A stretch of DNA of 39,381 bases from Ignavibacteria bacterium UBA6688 (GCA_002454845.1 DKJQ01000348.1:1-39381), one strand, 5' to 3'; shown: positions 28,808 to 37,567, counted from the stretch's first letter. Made by a program: numbers and translations. The notes: a model not told the origin generated them from the letters alone.

Positions 28808-29992
28808 TTGAAACCTGGAAAGGTAGTCTTCATCGTTTTAGACGGAGTCGGTGTCGGCGCGCTACCCGATGCTGCTGCATACGGCGATCGAGGAGCGAAT
28901 ACGCTCGCGGGCACTGCGCGTGCGGTCGATGGACTTCATCTTCCGAACCTTTCGCGCCTGGGGTTGGGCAATATCATCCCCGTTCAGGGATTGACGCCTG
29001 CCAGGCAGGCTGAGGCGTGTTACGGGAAGATGGCGGAACGCTCGGCAGGGAAGGATAGCACGACCGGACACTGGGAGTTGGCAGGACTCGTAACCAGTCA
29101 TCCGTTTCCGTTGTACCCAAAAGGATTTCCCCGGGATGTTTTGGATGCGTTCCTTGCGGCCACGGGCTGTGAGGGTGTGTTGGGCAATGTGCCGGCCTCA
29201 GGGACTGAGATCATCAAGGAGCTGGGTGAGGAGCATATCCGAACCGGTTTCCCCATCGTCTATACTTCCGGCGACTCCGTATTCCAGATCGCGGCCCATG
29301 AGGGGGTCATTCCTCTCGACCGGTTGTACGAGATCTGTCTGAAAACACGGAACGAGGTAACGGTCGGCAAGCACGCGGTGGGCCGGGTGATCGCCCGCCC
29401 GTTTATCGGTTCGAGCGGCTCCTTCACGCGCACCGCGAACCGAAGGGACTTTGCCCTGGAACCTCCCTCCTCAACGTTGCTCGATCTCCTCCAGGAGGCC
29501 GGCGTCGAAACGGTGGGTATCGGGAAGATTGACGACCTGTTCTCCGGAAGAGGATTAAAGCAAAAGATTCATACGCGTTCGAATGCAGAGGGTGTTCAAG
29601 AGACCATCGCCGCTGCAGCCGGTTTGCAAACGGGGATGGTGATGACGAACCTCGTAGACTTTGATACGCTGTATGGCCATCGCCAGGACCCGCGGGGACT
29701 GGCGAAAGCCTTGACGGAGTTTGACGCGGCTTTGCCGAAGATTCTCAACGTGATCGGTGATGAGGACGTGCTGGTTCTGACCGCGGACCATGGTAATGAT
29801 CCGACAGATCAAAGCACCGATCATTCGCGGGAATATGTTCCCCTGCTCTGGTACACAACGTGGGGAAAGCGCAACATCGATCTGGGAGTGCGCCCGTCGT
29901 TTGCCGATGCGGGGAAAACGGTGGGTGAGTATTTCGGTTTGGGCGCTCCGGGAACGCTCGCGGGCAACAGTTTCCTCAGTCAGGTGGTCTAA
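28808..29992 (+). CDS. deoB: Phosphopentomutase
   Basis: 394 aa. VVFIVLDGVGVGALPDAAAYGD.GANTL, SGKDSTTGHWELAG, NLVDFDTLYGHR.D and LTADHGNDP. TTG start. Confidence 0.93.
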   Translation: MKPGKVVFIVLDGVGVGALPDAAAYGDRGANTLAGTARAVDGLHLPNLSRLGLGNIIPVQGLTPARQAEACYGKMAERSAGKDSTTGHWELAGLVTSHPFPLYPKGFPRDVLDAFLAATGCEGVLGNVPASGTEIIKELGEEHIRTGFPIVYTSGDSVFQIAAHEGVIPLDRLYEICLKTRNEVTVGKHAVGRVIARPFIGSSGSFTRTANRRDFALEPPSSTLLDLLQEAGVETVGIGKIDDLFSGRGLKQKIHTRSNAEGVQETIAAAAGLQTGMVMTNLVDFDTLYGHRQDPRGLAKALTEFDAALPKILNVIGDEDVLVLTADHGNDPTDQSTDHSREYVPLLWYTTWGKRNIDLGVRPSFADAGKTVGEYFGLGAPGTLAGNSFLSQVV

Positions 29993-29996
29993 GGGT

Positions 29997-30299
29997 ATGG
30001 ACAAGGATCGACAGAGCATCGAATGTGAGGCGAAAGTGACGAAGGCGGGTACACTCGAGTTGCCGCCTTCGGTTCTCAAACACTTTGTGCTGAAAGAAGG
30101 GTCGACTGTTCATGCCAGGATTACAACGCGACGCCTGAGTCATGCGCTGAAAGACAGAACGGTCACCGAAGAGGAAGTAGAGCGGATCGGCGGATTGCAG
30201 CTGGAGCCCCGGGAAAGCGTCGTCAGCTTCCTGACGGCGGAAGGATCTTTGGCTTCAGCAAGATCTTTCCGTAAACGGGCGAAGGATGTGTTGAAGTGA
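29997..30299 (+). CDS. AbrB/SpoVT/MazE-fold antitoxin-like protein
   Basis: 100 aa from the ATG at 29997. The track ORF 29790.. extends back into deoB and is not credible there. AKVTKAGTLELPPSVLKHFVLKEGSTVHARI resembles a swapped-hairpin beta-barrel motif. The stop overlaps the start of the PIN gene (GTGA). Confidence 0.55.
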   Translation: MDKDRQSIECEAKVTKAGTLELPPSVLKHFVLKEGSTVHARITTRRLSHALKDRTVTEEEVERIGGLQLEPRESVVSFLTAEGSLASARSFRKRAKDVLK

Positions 30300-30742
30300 C
30301 CCCGAGGAAACTTGTCGTCGATACCGACATCCTTGTCGAGCATGTGATCCATGAGGGGTCGTTGACAGCGGGAGGTGCACCCTCGATCTTGAGGAAAACC
30401 CTCTCACTCTTTTTCTGTTATACGACCGTGTTCAACGTGATTGAGGCCTTTTCTCTGTGTCGATCGGAAGAAGAGATTGAAGCGGTTGAATCCTCGATGC
30501 ACGCGTTGAAGATTCTGGGCCTCAACGGTAAAAGCGGCAAGCGCATAGGATTGGCGCGACGAAGCGTTCGCACCGTACGTGACCTGGATCTCCTGATTGC
30601 GGGATTATGTCTGGAGAGCAAGCTTCCCCTCCTGACCGGCCGGCCGAAGCGATACGTGGGGTTGGCAGGCCTGAGGGTGGTACCCTCTCTTGCGGTGAAG
30701 AAATGGGACACGGCGGAGGAAATTCTTCGCGCCGTGCGATAA
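30296..30742 (+). CDS. PIN-domain protein (VapC-like)
   Basis: 148 aa. KLVVDTDILVEH supplies the N-terminal acidic residue, NVIEAF a central Glu, and RDLDLLIAGLCLESKLPLLT the third acidic residue plus the typical helix. The usual distal D of the T..D/N..DF segment is not evident (LLTGRPKRY). Confidence 0.6.
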   Translation: MTPRKLVVDTDILVEHVIHEGSLTAGGAPSILRKTLSLFFCYTTVFNVIEAFSLCRSEEEIEAVESSMHALKILGLNGKSGKRIGLARRSVRTVRDLDLLIAGLCLESKLPLLTGRPKRYVGLAGLRVVPSLAVKKWDTAEEILRAVR

Positions 30743-30771
30743 TGTAGCGTCCTCGACAGGAGGCATCGGCC

Positions 30772-31041
30772 ATGATCCTGGGAAAAGTTGTCGGCACCGT
30801 TTGGGCAACGCGGAAAGATGAAGAGTTAACCGGCCTGAAGCTCCAGATTGTGAAACATCTGGACCTCGACTATAAGGTGAAAGAAGCATTCGTCGTGGCG
30901 GTTGATACGGTTCAGGCGGGGGTCGGGGATGTCGTCCTGATCGCGACCGGAAGCTCCGCCCGGCAAACAACCATGACGAAAAACAAACCGGTCGATGCCG
31001 TCATTATGGCGGTGGTCGACAAGCTGGATGTTGCAGATTGA
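30772..31041 (+). CDS. EutN/CcmL family bacterial-microcompartment vertex (BMC-P) protein, paralog 1
   Basis: 89 aa. MILGKVVGTVWATRKDEELTGLKLQIV...VAVDTVQAGVGDVVLIATGSSAR...PVDAVIMAVVD is the classic EutN/CcmL pattern. Confidence 0.85.
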   Translation: MILGKVVGTVWATRKDEELTGLKLQIVKHLDLDYKVKEAFVVAVDTVQAGVGDVVLIATGSSARQTTMTKNKPVDAVIMAVVDKLDVAD

Positions 31042-31116
31042 GAAAGCGGTACCGGGGATGGATTCCGGAGGGGAATGTGACCCTTCGGACACGTTGAACA
31101 CATCAAACGATCAAGC

Positions 31117-31389
31117 ATGTTTCTGGCAAAAGTTATCGGCACAATCTGGGCTACCAGGAAAGATGAGAACCTGAAGAGCTTCAAGCTTCAGTTCATCCAA
31201 CCTCTCACCGCCAGGCGCGAAAAAGTGGGAACACCTCTTGTCGCCGTAGATACGGTCGGAGCCGGTCCAGGAGAGACGGTGATGTACATTACAGCCAGGG
31301 AGGCGGTGATCCCGCTCCCTGTCCAGATGGCGCCGGTTGATGCGAGCATCGTAGGGATTGTCGACCGTATCGACCTCGCACAGAAATGA
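31117..31389 (+). CDS. EutN/CcmL family bacterial-microcompartment vertex (BMC-P) protein, paralog 2
   Basis: 90 aa. MFLAKVIGTIWATRKDENLKSFKLQFI...VAVDTVGAGPGETVMYITAREA...PVDASIVGIVD. Manual alignment gives 39 of 89 positions identical to paralog 1. Confidence 0.85.
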   Translation: MFLAKVIGTIWATRKDENLKSFKLQFIQPLTARREKVGTPLVAVDTVGAGPGETVMYITAREAVIPLPVQMAPVDASIVGIVDRIDLAQK

Positions 31390-31453
31390 AGTTCCTGAGG
31401 GGATAAAACGTTGAGCAGACGCGCCGTACCAGTGAAACAAAGGTGAGAACCGA

Positions 31454-32311
31454 ATGGTAAAAATCAGTAAGCAGTATACGAATCGTGAGAGCCAGTCCCT
31501 GGACAAGTATCTCCAGGAGATTGGCAAGGTCGACCTGCTGACGCCGCAGGAGGAAATCGACCTTGCACGCAGGATCAAAAAGGGAGATCAAAAGTCCCTC
31601 GAGAAACTGACGAAGGCAAACCTCCGTTTCGTGGTGAGCGTGGCGAAGCAGTATCAGAACCAGGGCCTGTCCCTCGGCGATCTGATCAACGAGGGGAACC
31701 TCGGGTTGATCAAAGCCGCAAAGCGATTCGATGAGACCCGTGGATTCAAATTCATCTCGTATGCTGTGTGGTGGATCCGGCAGTCGATTTTGCAGGCGCT
31801 GGCGGAACAGTCGCGCATTGTCCGCCTGCCGTTGAACCGCGTCGGCGCCCTGAATAAGATCGGGAAGGCCTTCAGCACGCTCGAGCAGGAGTTCGAGCGG
31901 GAGCCGAGCGCCAGCGAGCTGGCGGAGGAATTGGACATGTCCCTCTTTGAGGTCTCGGACACGCTGAAGATTTCGGGACGCCACCTTTCGATGGATGCCC
32001 CCTTTGCCCAGGGGGAGGACAACCGCTTGCTGGACGTGATCCAGGATTTGCGGCAGCCTTCGCCGGATTCCGACCTCATGTCCGAATCCCTCAGGGAAGA
32101 GGTGAAACGCGCACTGGCAACGCTCAGCGAGCGGGAGGCGCAGGTGATCCGGCTGTATTTCGGGCTGGACCAGGAGCATTCCCTCACGTTGGAGGAGATC
32201 GGGGAAAAATTCAACCTGACCCGCGAACGTGTTCGACAGATCAAAGAAAAAGCCATTCGCCGCTTACGCCATGCATCGCGCAGCAAAGCGTTACGAGCAT
32301 ACCTCGGTTAA
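31454..32311 (+). CDS. rpoD: Primary-type RNA polymerase sigma-70 factor, short form (regions 1.2-4.2, no region 1.1)
   Basis: 285 aa. [61 protein letters not shown]...[22 protein letters not shown], and [29 protein letters not shown]. Confidence 0.92.
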   Translation: MVKISKQYTNRESQSLDKYLQEIGKVDLLTPQEEIDLARRIKKGDQKSLEKLTKANLRFVVSVAKQYQNQGLSLGDLINEGNLGLIKAAKRFDETRGFKFISYAVWWIRQSILQALAEQSRIVRLPLNRVGALNKIGKAFSTLEQEFEREPSASELAEELDMSLFEVSDTLKISGRHLSMDAPFAQGEDNRLLDVIQDLRQPSPDSDLMSESLREEVKRALATLSEREAQVIRLYFGLDQEHSLTLEEIGEKFNLTRERVRQIKEKAIRRLRHASRSKALRAYLG

Positions 32312-32313
32312 TC

Positions 32314-33000
32314 GTGGGCACGATCATATCAATTTCTGAGAAGCCCCGGCGGAAGCCGGGGCTTTTTTTCAGTTTCGGCGGCACGGCCCCCACGGCATTT
32401 TTGTGGGGGAGTCTTGCCGCGGTCCTTCTGCTGCTCGTGGGTTGCGGCGGCGCGTCCCCGCGCTTCAAGAGCGGAAGCACCCCTTCGGCAACCCGGGCGG
32501 AACCAGCCCAACAGGCGCCCGGTGAGAAGCCGGTCGAGGAGGATCGCGAGACGAAATCGGAGGAGGGAGAGAAAGTACTCTCCGGTGCGCGAAGTTTCAA
32601 GACGGAGAAAAATACCTCCATCTCGAATCTCGACCAGGCGAGGATGATGCGACAGCTTTCGCGATGGATGGGGGTGCCGTACAAGTTGGGGGGTGGGACG
32701 GAGGATGGGATCGATTGTTCCGCCTACACGATGCTGATCTACAAGAACTCGATCGGACGGCAACTTCCCCGCTCCAGCGCGGAACAGTTCAGGGTCGGGC
32801 GTGCGGTGGAATATGCGGACCTCAAGTTTGGCGACCTGGTGTTTTTCAACACAACCGGCGAATCTGCATCGCATGTCGGCATTTACATGGGAGACGATCT
32901 CTTTGCCCATGCCAGCGTCGGTCTCGGTGTCACTGTCTCATCGATTGAGAGTTTCTATTTTAAAAAGCGATATGAAGGCGCCCGGCGGATCCTGGAGTAG
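32314..33000 (+). CDS. NlpC/P60 (C40) cell-wall peptidase lipoprotein; start codon uncertain (GTG 32314 or TTG 32401)
   Basis: Lipobox LLLLVGC, a low-complexity linker, then the C40 domain with GIDCSAYT (Cys) and ASHVGIYMG (His). The longer form contains the rpoD terminator within its first 20 codons. Confidence 0.8.
   Translation: MGTIISISEKPRRKPGLFFSFGGTAPTAFLWGSLAAVLLLLVGCGGASPRFKSGSTPSATRAEPAQQAPGEKPVEEDRETKSEEGEKVLSGARSFKTEKNTSISNLDQARMMRQLSRWMGVPYKLGGGTEDGIDCSAYTMLIYKNSIGRQLPRSSAEQFRVGRAVEYADLKFGDLVFFNTTGESASHVGIYMGDDLFAHASVGLGVTVSSIESFYFKKRYEGARRILE
32341..32369 (+). terminator. Rho-independent terminator downstream of rpoD
   Basis: AAGCCCCGGC-GGAA-GCCGGGGCTT is a perfect 10-bp GC-rich stem with a GNRA tetraloop, running into a T7 tract. 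It begins 30 nt after the rpoD stop. Confidence 0.85.
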
Positions 33001-33066
33001 CTTGCATCCGGTTCGGGGCTTCGGTACATTTCCTTGCGGTTTTTGATTACGAAGGTAAAGGTCTAT

Positions 33067-33675
33067 ATGGCGGTTCTTCCCATCTACCTGATCGGCAGTG
33101 AAGTTCTCCGGAAAGTCGCGAAACCGGTCCAGACCCTTGACAACACCCTGATCAAGCTGGCCTACGATATGACGGAGACGATGCATAAAGCCCACGGCAT
33201 CGGTCTTGCCGCGAACCAGGTGGGGGAATTGCGCCGGGTGATCGTCATCGATTTCTCCGCGGTGGAGCGGGCTGAAACAGAGGAGGAGATGGAGGAGGGG
33301 GAGGAGGGACCGGACGAGCCGCAACCTCAGGGTGTACAAAAGACCCTGGTGTTGATCAATCCTGAAGTCGGAGAGACAGCGGGTGCCATTGTCATGGAAG
33401 AGGGGTGTCTGAGTATCCCTGATGTGCGGGCCGACGTGACGCGCGCGGAGGCCATCCGTATCAACTTTCTCGATGTGAACCTGAAGGAAGTTGAGTTGGA
33501 GACCGGGGGGCTGCTTGCACGGGTGATTCTCCATGAACTTGACCATCTCAATGGTGTGCTCTTTCTGGACCATCTCACCAGAACAAAACGCACGATGTTG
33601 AAGCCGGCGGTGCGAAAAATCCAAAAGGGGGAAGTTGATACTTCCTATCCTGTTGTCAGCGCCATGGAGGTATAA
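33067..33675 (+). CDS. def: Peptide deformylase (with acidic insertion)
   Basis: Motifs GIGLAANQVG, EGCLSIP and HELDHLNG. The ATG at 33067 gives the normal N-terminus (MAVLPIYLIGSEVLRKVAKPV). Confidence 0.95.
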   Translation: MAVLPIYLIGSEVLRKVAKPVQTLDNTLIKLAYDMTETMHKAHGIGLAANQVGELRRVIVIDFSAVERAETEEEMEEGEEGPDEPQPQGVQKTLVLINPEVGETAGAIVMEEGCLSIPDVRADVTRAEAIRINFLDVNLKEVELETGGLLARVILHELDHLNGVLFLDHLTRTKRTMLKPAVRKIQKGEVDTSYPVVSAMEV

Positions 33676-33684
33676 ACGTTCCGC

Positions 33685-34623
33685 ATGCGCATCCTGTTCA
33701 TGGGCACGCCCGAGTTTGCTCTTCCGAGCCTCGGGATTCTCCTCGAGAATCAGTATCCGGTTGTCGCTGTTGCCACAACCCCTGACAGGCCGAAGGGGCG
33801 GGGGCAAAAGACAGCCGGGAGCCCCGTCAAGGAGTTCGCTCTTCAGCATCATCTCCCTCTTCTCCAACCGGAGAGTCTGAACGATCCCGGATTCGTCTCC
33901 AGTGTTTCCGAACTCCAACCCGATCTTATCGTCGTTGTTGCATTTCGCATCCTCCCGAAGGAAATCTATACCATTCCCCGACTCGGCTCATTCAATCTCC
34001 ATGCGTCCCTGCTCCCGAAGTTCCGTGGAGCAGCGCCGATCAACTGGGCGATCATCAGGGGGGAGAAAGGGACGGGCGTTACGACCTTCTTTCTCAAAGA
34101 CAAAGTCGATACCGGCTCCCTGCTCCTGCAGGCACGTGTTGCGATCGGGCCGGATGAGACCGCCGGTGAGCTTTATGACAAACTGGCCGAGGTCGGAGCG
34201 GAAATTGTGCTTCAAACCGTTCGCCTGATTGAGCGTGGCAAGGCCCGGCCTCTCCCCCAGGACGATGCGCAGGCCACCACGGCTCCAAAGATCTTTAAAG
34301 ACGATTGCCGTCTTTCCTGGTCGGGATCGGCCCGCACGGTTCACAATATGGTCCGCGGCCTTTCCCCGCATCCGTGTGCCTGGACCATGCATCAGGAGAG
34401 AGTCCTCAGGATTTATCGCACGGCCATGCAAAGCGAACAAAAGGGAAGCGCACAGAATGCTCCATCCGGAACAGTCATGACAGTAGAGAAGGAGAACCTG
34501 GTTGTCGCTACGGCTGAAGGCATGCTCTCCATCCTCGATATCCAGCAGGAGGGAAAAAAGCGGATGGGTATTGCGGAATTCTTGCGCGGATACCCGATGC
34601 AGGCAGGCGATGTGCTTCACTGA
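33685..34623 (+). CDS. fmt: Methionyl-tRNA formyltransferase
   Basis: 312 aa. MRILFMGTPEFALPSL, NLHASLLPKFRGAAPINWAII, and a C-terminal formyl-transferase C domain. Confidence 0.95.
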   Translation: MRILFMGTPEFALPSLGILLENQYPVVAVATTPDRPKGRGQKTAGSPVKEFALQHHLPLLQPESLNDPGFVSSVSELQPDLIVVVAFRILPKEIYTIPRLGSFNLHASLLPKFRGAAPINWAIIRGEKGTGVTTFFLKDKVDTGSLLLQARVAIGPDETAGELYDKLAEVGAEIVLQTVRLIERGKARPLPQDDAQATTAPKIFKDDCRLSWSGSARTVHNMVRGLSPHPCAWTMHQERVLRIYRTAMQSEQKGSAQNAPSGTVMTVEKENLVVATAEGMLSILDIQQEGKKRMGIAEFLRGYPMQAGDVLH

Positions 34624-34712
34624 GGGGATGGAGGAGGTTGCAAAGGCCTGGAAAAAGGAGTATATTCGACCATCTTTTCTGCCGATAACACCGGAAGCCA
34701 AACAGAAGCTCC

Positions 34713-35183
34713 ATGGATTTTGTTCTTTGGGTTTGCAGGGTGATGCATGTTTTCTCCGTCGTCGTGTGGATCGGCGGGTTGATATTTCTGAATGCCATCC
34801 TGCATCCTATCTCCGTCTACCATCAGCAGACCAGGATGGTGACGGTGCTCGAAGCGCAGAAACGGTTCCTTCCCTTTGTCTGGTCCAGTCTGTGGACAGT
34901 GTTGGTGACCGGCGTACTCCTGATGCTGCTCAGTCCCCGGTTCCTGTGGTTCGACTATTCCACCACCTGGTCCCAGTTGTTGGCGGTAAAACAGGTGGCG
35001 TTCGCCCTGCTCGTATTTTTTTCCTGGCAATCGGCAAAAGTGTTCGCGAGGATGGAGGAAGCAGTCGCGGAAGAGGGAGATATCTTTGAAGGATGGAGGC
35101 TGGGTCTCCAGAAGCTCCTGCGACGCTCGATCTTTTGGGGAATTGTCGGGTTGATGTGTGCGGGGGGAATGGCAGTCGTCTAG
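34713..35183 (+). CDS. Small integral membrane protein (about 4 TM helices; CopD-like topology, family not assigned)
   Basis: 156 aa with four hydrophobic segments. The first is VMHVFSVVVWIGGLIFLNAILHP, a His/Trp-Gly-Gly pattern reminiscent of CopD-type domains. Assignment is by resemblance only. Confidence 0.5.
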   Translation: MDFVLWVCRVMHVFSVVVWIGGLIFLNAILHPISVYHQQTRMVTVLEAQKRFLPFVWSSLWTVLVTGVLLMLLSPRFLWFDYSTTWSQLLAVKQVAFALLVFFSWQSAKVFARMEEAVAEEGDIFEGWRLGLQKLLRRSIFWGIVGLMCAGGMAVV

Positions 35184-35225
35184 AAAACCGTGGAAAAAAA
35201 GCGCCAGAACCGGAGGCGTACGACA

Positions 35226-35372
35226 ACAGTTGCGACGGCAACTGTCAAAATTGAATACCCGTCACTTTTTCATGTTCTTGCCAAGCCTTTGTGGCTTGGT
35301 GTCCCTGCCTGCGTGCTGAAGGCACTTCGGGCTATGCCGACCGGAGTCGGCTTCGCCCGACGCAGGTCGGCA
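35226..35372 (+). other. Cluster of short GC-rich hairpins / alternative pairings immediately upstream of the parA RBS
   Basis: Hairpins: ACAGTTGC-gacg-GCAACTGT (35226-35245), CCAAGCC-tttgt-GGCTTGG (35281-35299), GCCGAC-cgga-GTCGGC (35336-35351) and CCGAC-gcag-GTCGG (35357-35370). The alternative long-range pair is TGCCGACC (35335-42) with GGTCGGCA (35365-72). Confidence 0.4.
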
Positions 35373-35403
35373 GGCAGGTTTGTGGCAAATTAAGGGAGTA
35401 TTC

Positions 35404-36204
35404 TTGCCCAAGGTTATCGTCATTGCAAATCAAAAAGGGGGAGTCGGGAAGACCACAACGGCGGTCAACCTGGCCGCGTCCCTTGCCGTCGCGGAAAAGA
35501 AGACTCTGCTCCTCGATATCGATCCCCAGGCGAACGCCACCAGCGGTATCGGCATCACGCCGGTCGAAGGACGGACAATTTACGAAGTGATCGTCGGGGG
35601 AGCCCCAATCAGCTCGACGATCGTTGAGTCACAAATGCCCTTCCTGTCGTGTGTCCCATCCCATATCAACCTCGTCGGAGCGGAAATTGAACTGGTGGAG
35701 ATTGAACAGCGGGAGCATCAATTAGCACGGGCGCTCGAATCCATCCGTGACAAATATGACTTCATTGTGGTTGATTGTCCCCCCTCCCTCGGTCTTCTCA
35801 CACTCAACGCATTAACGGCTGCGGACTCGGTCCTGATTCCGGTGCAGTGCGAATACTTTGCCCTGGAAGGGCTCGGCCAGTTGTTCAATACCATCAACAT
35901 GGTCAAAAAAACCCTCAATCCGAATCTGGATATTGAGGGAGTGCTGCTGACGATGTTCGATTCACGCCTGCGCCTTTCGAACCAGATCCTTGATGAAGTG
36001 AAACGGTATTTTGGCGACAAGGTGTTTAAGACGATCGTCTCCCGGAATATCCGGTTAAGCGAAGCGCCGAGTTTCGGCAAACCGATCATATTGTACGACG
36101 TCGTCTGTTCCGGAACGCGCAACTACATGGAGCTGGCGAAGGAAGTCATGGCGAATAACGACGCGTTACCGGTGGAAACATTGACCCAACCGGTCTCGAA
36201 CTGA
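35404..36204 (+). CDS. parA: Chromosome partitioning ATPase ParA/Soj
   Basis: The TTG at 35404 is preceded by AAGGGAG and gives [24 protein letters not shown] (deviant Walker A). Other motifs are DIDPQANAT and [11 protein letters not shown]. The track start at 35380 is an alternative. Confidence 0.93.
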   Translation: MPKVIVIANQKGGVGKTTTAVNLAASLAVAEKKTLLLDIDPQANATSGIGITPVEGRTIYEVIVGGAPISSTIVESQMPFLSCVPSHINLVGAEIELVEIEQREHQLARALESIRDKYDFIVVDCPPSLGLLTLNALTAADSVLIPVQCEYFALEGLGQLFNTINMVKKTLNPNLDIEGVLLTMFDSRLRLSNQILDEVKRYFGDKVFKTIVSRNIRLSEAPSFGKPIILYDVVCSGTRNYMELAKEVMANNDALPVETLTQPVSN

Positions 36205-36206
36205 TT

Positions 36207-37136
36207 ATGACAACTCCAAAGAAGAGCGTCCTGGGACGCGGGCTGAACGCACTGATCCCGAAAAGTCCCCCGAAGGAAGTGAGCCTCCGCGCCGATGAAG
36301 TCGGACGGGATACCGGTGGTGAGGGAATCATGGCCCGCATTGATGTGGACCGGATCCGCCCCAACCCCTTCCAGCCCCGCACCGAATTTGATGCCGCGTC
36401 GCTCGCCGAGTTGACCCGCTCGATCGTTGAAAAAGGCGTGATCCAACCGATCACCGTTCGGCGGGTGACCGATGGATACCAGCTTATTTCCGGTGAACGT
36501 CGTCTCCGTGCGGCGCAAAGCGCCGGGCTGGCACAGATTCCCTCCTACATCATCTCCGTCGAGTCGGATGAGGAGATGCTCGAGCTGGCGCTCGTTGAAA
36601 ACATCCAGCGCGAAACGCTCAACCCGATCGAAATTGCCCATGCGTATAAGCGGCTCATTGAAGAATGCAGGCTCACACAGGAAGACGTCGCGGACAAGGT
36701 CGGGAAGGACCGTTCGACGGTGACGAACTTCATTCGCTTGCTGAAGTTGCCTCAGGAGATTCAAAGCGGTTTGAAGAAGGACCTGATCTCCATGGGTCAC
36801 GCCCGTGCATTGATCAACCTGCCGAATGAAGTGATGCAACTGCGGATTTATCAGAAGATCATCGATGCAGGACTCTCCGTCAGAAAGGTTGAGCAGTTGG
36901 CGAAGGCGGCGGGGAAACCAGCCTCGGGAAGCTCACGACAATCAGGCGTACGGCAGGAACCCGCTTCCAGCATTCAGAGCGTCGAGGAAAAGCTGAGGCA
37001 GGCGCTGGGAACGAAGGTCTCGGTCAAGGCAAAAGAGAATGGGAGGGGTGAAATCGTGATCGAGTACTATTCGCTCGACGATCTCGACCGGCTCCTTGAT
37101 CTCTTCGCCGCGATCGAGAAAATGCAGTCAAACTGA
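36207..37136 (+). CDS. parB: Chromosome partitioning protein ParB/Spo0J
   Basis: 309 aa. [26 protein letters not shown], an HTH ([26 protein letters not shown]) and a C-terminal dimerisation region. Confidence 0.93.
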   Translation: MTTPKKSVLGRGLNALIPKSPPKEVSLRADEVGRDTGGEGIMARIDVDRIRPNPFQPRTEFDAASLAELTRSIVEKGVIQPITVRRVTDGYQLISGERRLRAAQSAGLAQIPSYIISVESDEEMLELALVENIQRETLNPIEIAHAYKRLIEECRLTQEDVADKVGKDRSTVTNFIRLLKLPQEIQSGLKKDLISMGHARALINLPNEVMQLRIYQKIIDAGLSVRKVEQLAKAAGKPASGSSRQSGVRQEPASSIQSVEEKLRQALGTKVSVKAKENGRGEIVIEYYSLDDLDRLLDLFAAIEKMQSN

Positions 37137-37158
37137 CATCACACTCTACCACTCACGG

Positions 37159-37551
37159 ATGACCATGGCAATTCAAAAGATCCTTACCGACAAAGCCCCC
37201 AACCCCATAGGCCCGTATAGCCAGGCGATTATGGTAGAGGGAAAATTCATTTACACGGCGGGCCAGGTTGCGATCGACCCTTCGTCGAACCAGATGGTCG
37301 AGGGGGATATCAAAGTTCAGACCCGACAGGTTTTGAAGAATCTCGAAGCGGTCCTGAGGGCAGGCGGTACATCCCTTGGGTCGGTCGTGAAGACGACAGT
37401 TTTCCTTAAGAGCTTCAACGATTTTGCTGCGATGAATGAAGTGTATGCCGAATTTTTCTCCAGTTCTGCACCGGCACGCAGCACGGTTGAAGTATCCCGG
37501 CTCCCGAAGGACGCGAAAGTGGAGATCGAAGCGGTCGCGGTAAAAGAGTAA
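37159..37551 (+). CDS. ridA: RidA/YjgF family reactive-intermediate deaminase
   Basis: [21 protein letters not shown]...GQVAIDP..., [17 protein letters not shown], and [22 protein letters not shown]. Start is 37159 or 37165. Confidence 0.9.
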   Translation: MTMAIQKILTDKAPNPIGPYSQAIMVEGKFIYTAGQVAIDPSSNQMVEGDIKVQTRQVLKNLEAVLRAGGTSLGSVVKTTVFLKSFNDFAAMNEVYAEFFSSSAPARSTVEVSRLPKDAKVEIEAVAVKE

Positions 37552-37567
37552 GAGGCTCACTCCACAG

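Noticed and set aside
29790-29996. N-terminal 69 codons of track ORF 29790..30299
   Set aside because: They overlap the 3' end of deoB in another frame. The AbrB-like domain begins at the internal ATG 29997, 5 nt after the deoB stop.
31424-31439. GTGAAACA half-site resembling parS upstream of rpoD
   Set aside because: The left half does not match TGTTTCAC, so this is not the palindromic parS. I found no full parS by eye anywhere in the window, but a by-eye scan of 39 kb is not exhaustive.
31289-32179. 296-aa minus-strand ORF antisense to rpoD
   Set aside because: It is a shadow ORF. The plus-strand sigma-factor regions 2-4 are textbook, and the antisense protein is low-complexity Arg/Leu/Pro-rich.
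32938-33918. 326-aa minus-strand ORF spanning the def and fmt region
   Set aside because: It crosses two well-supported plus-strand genes and their intergenic spacer, and has no motifs.
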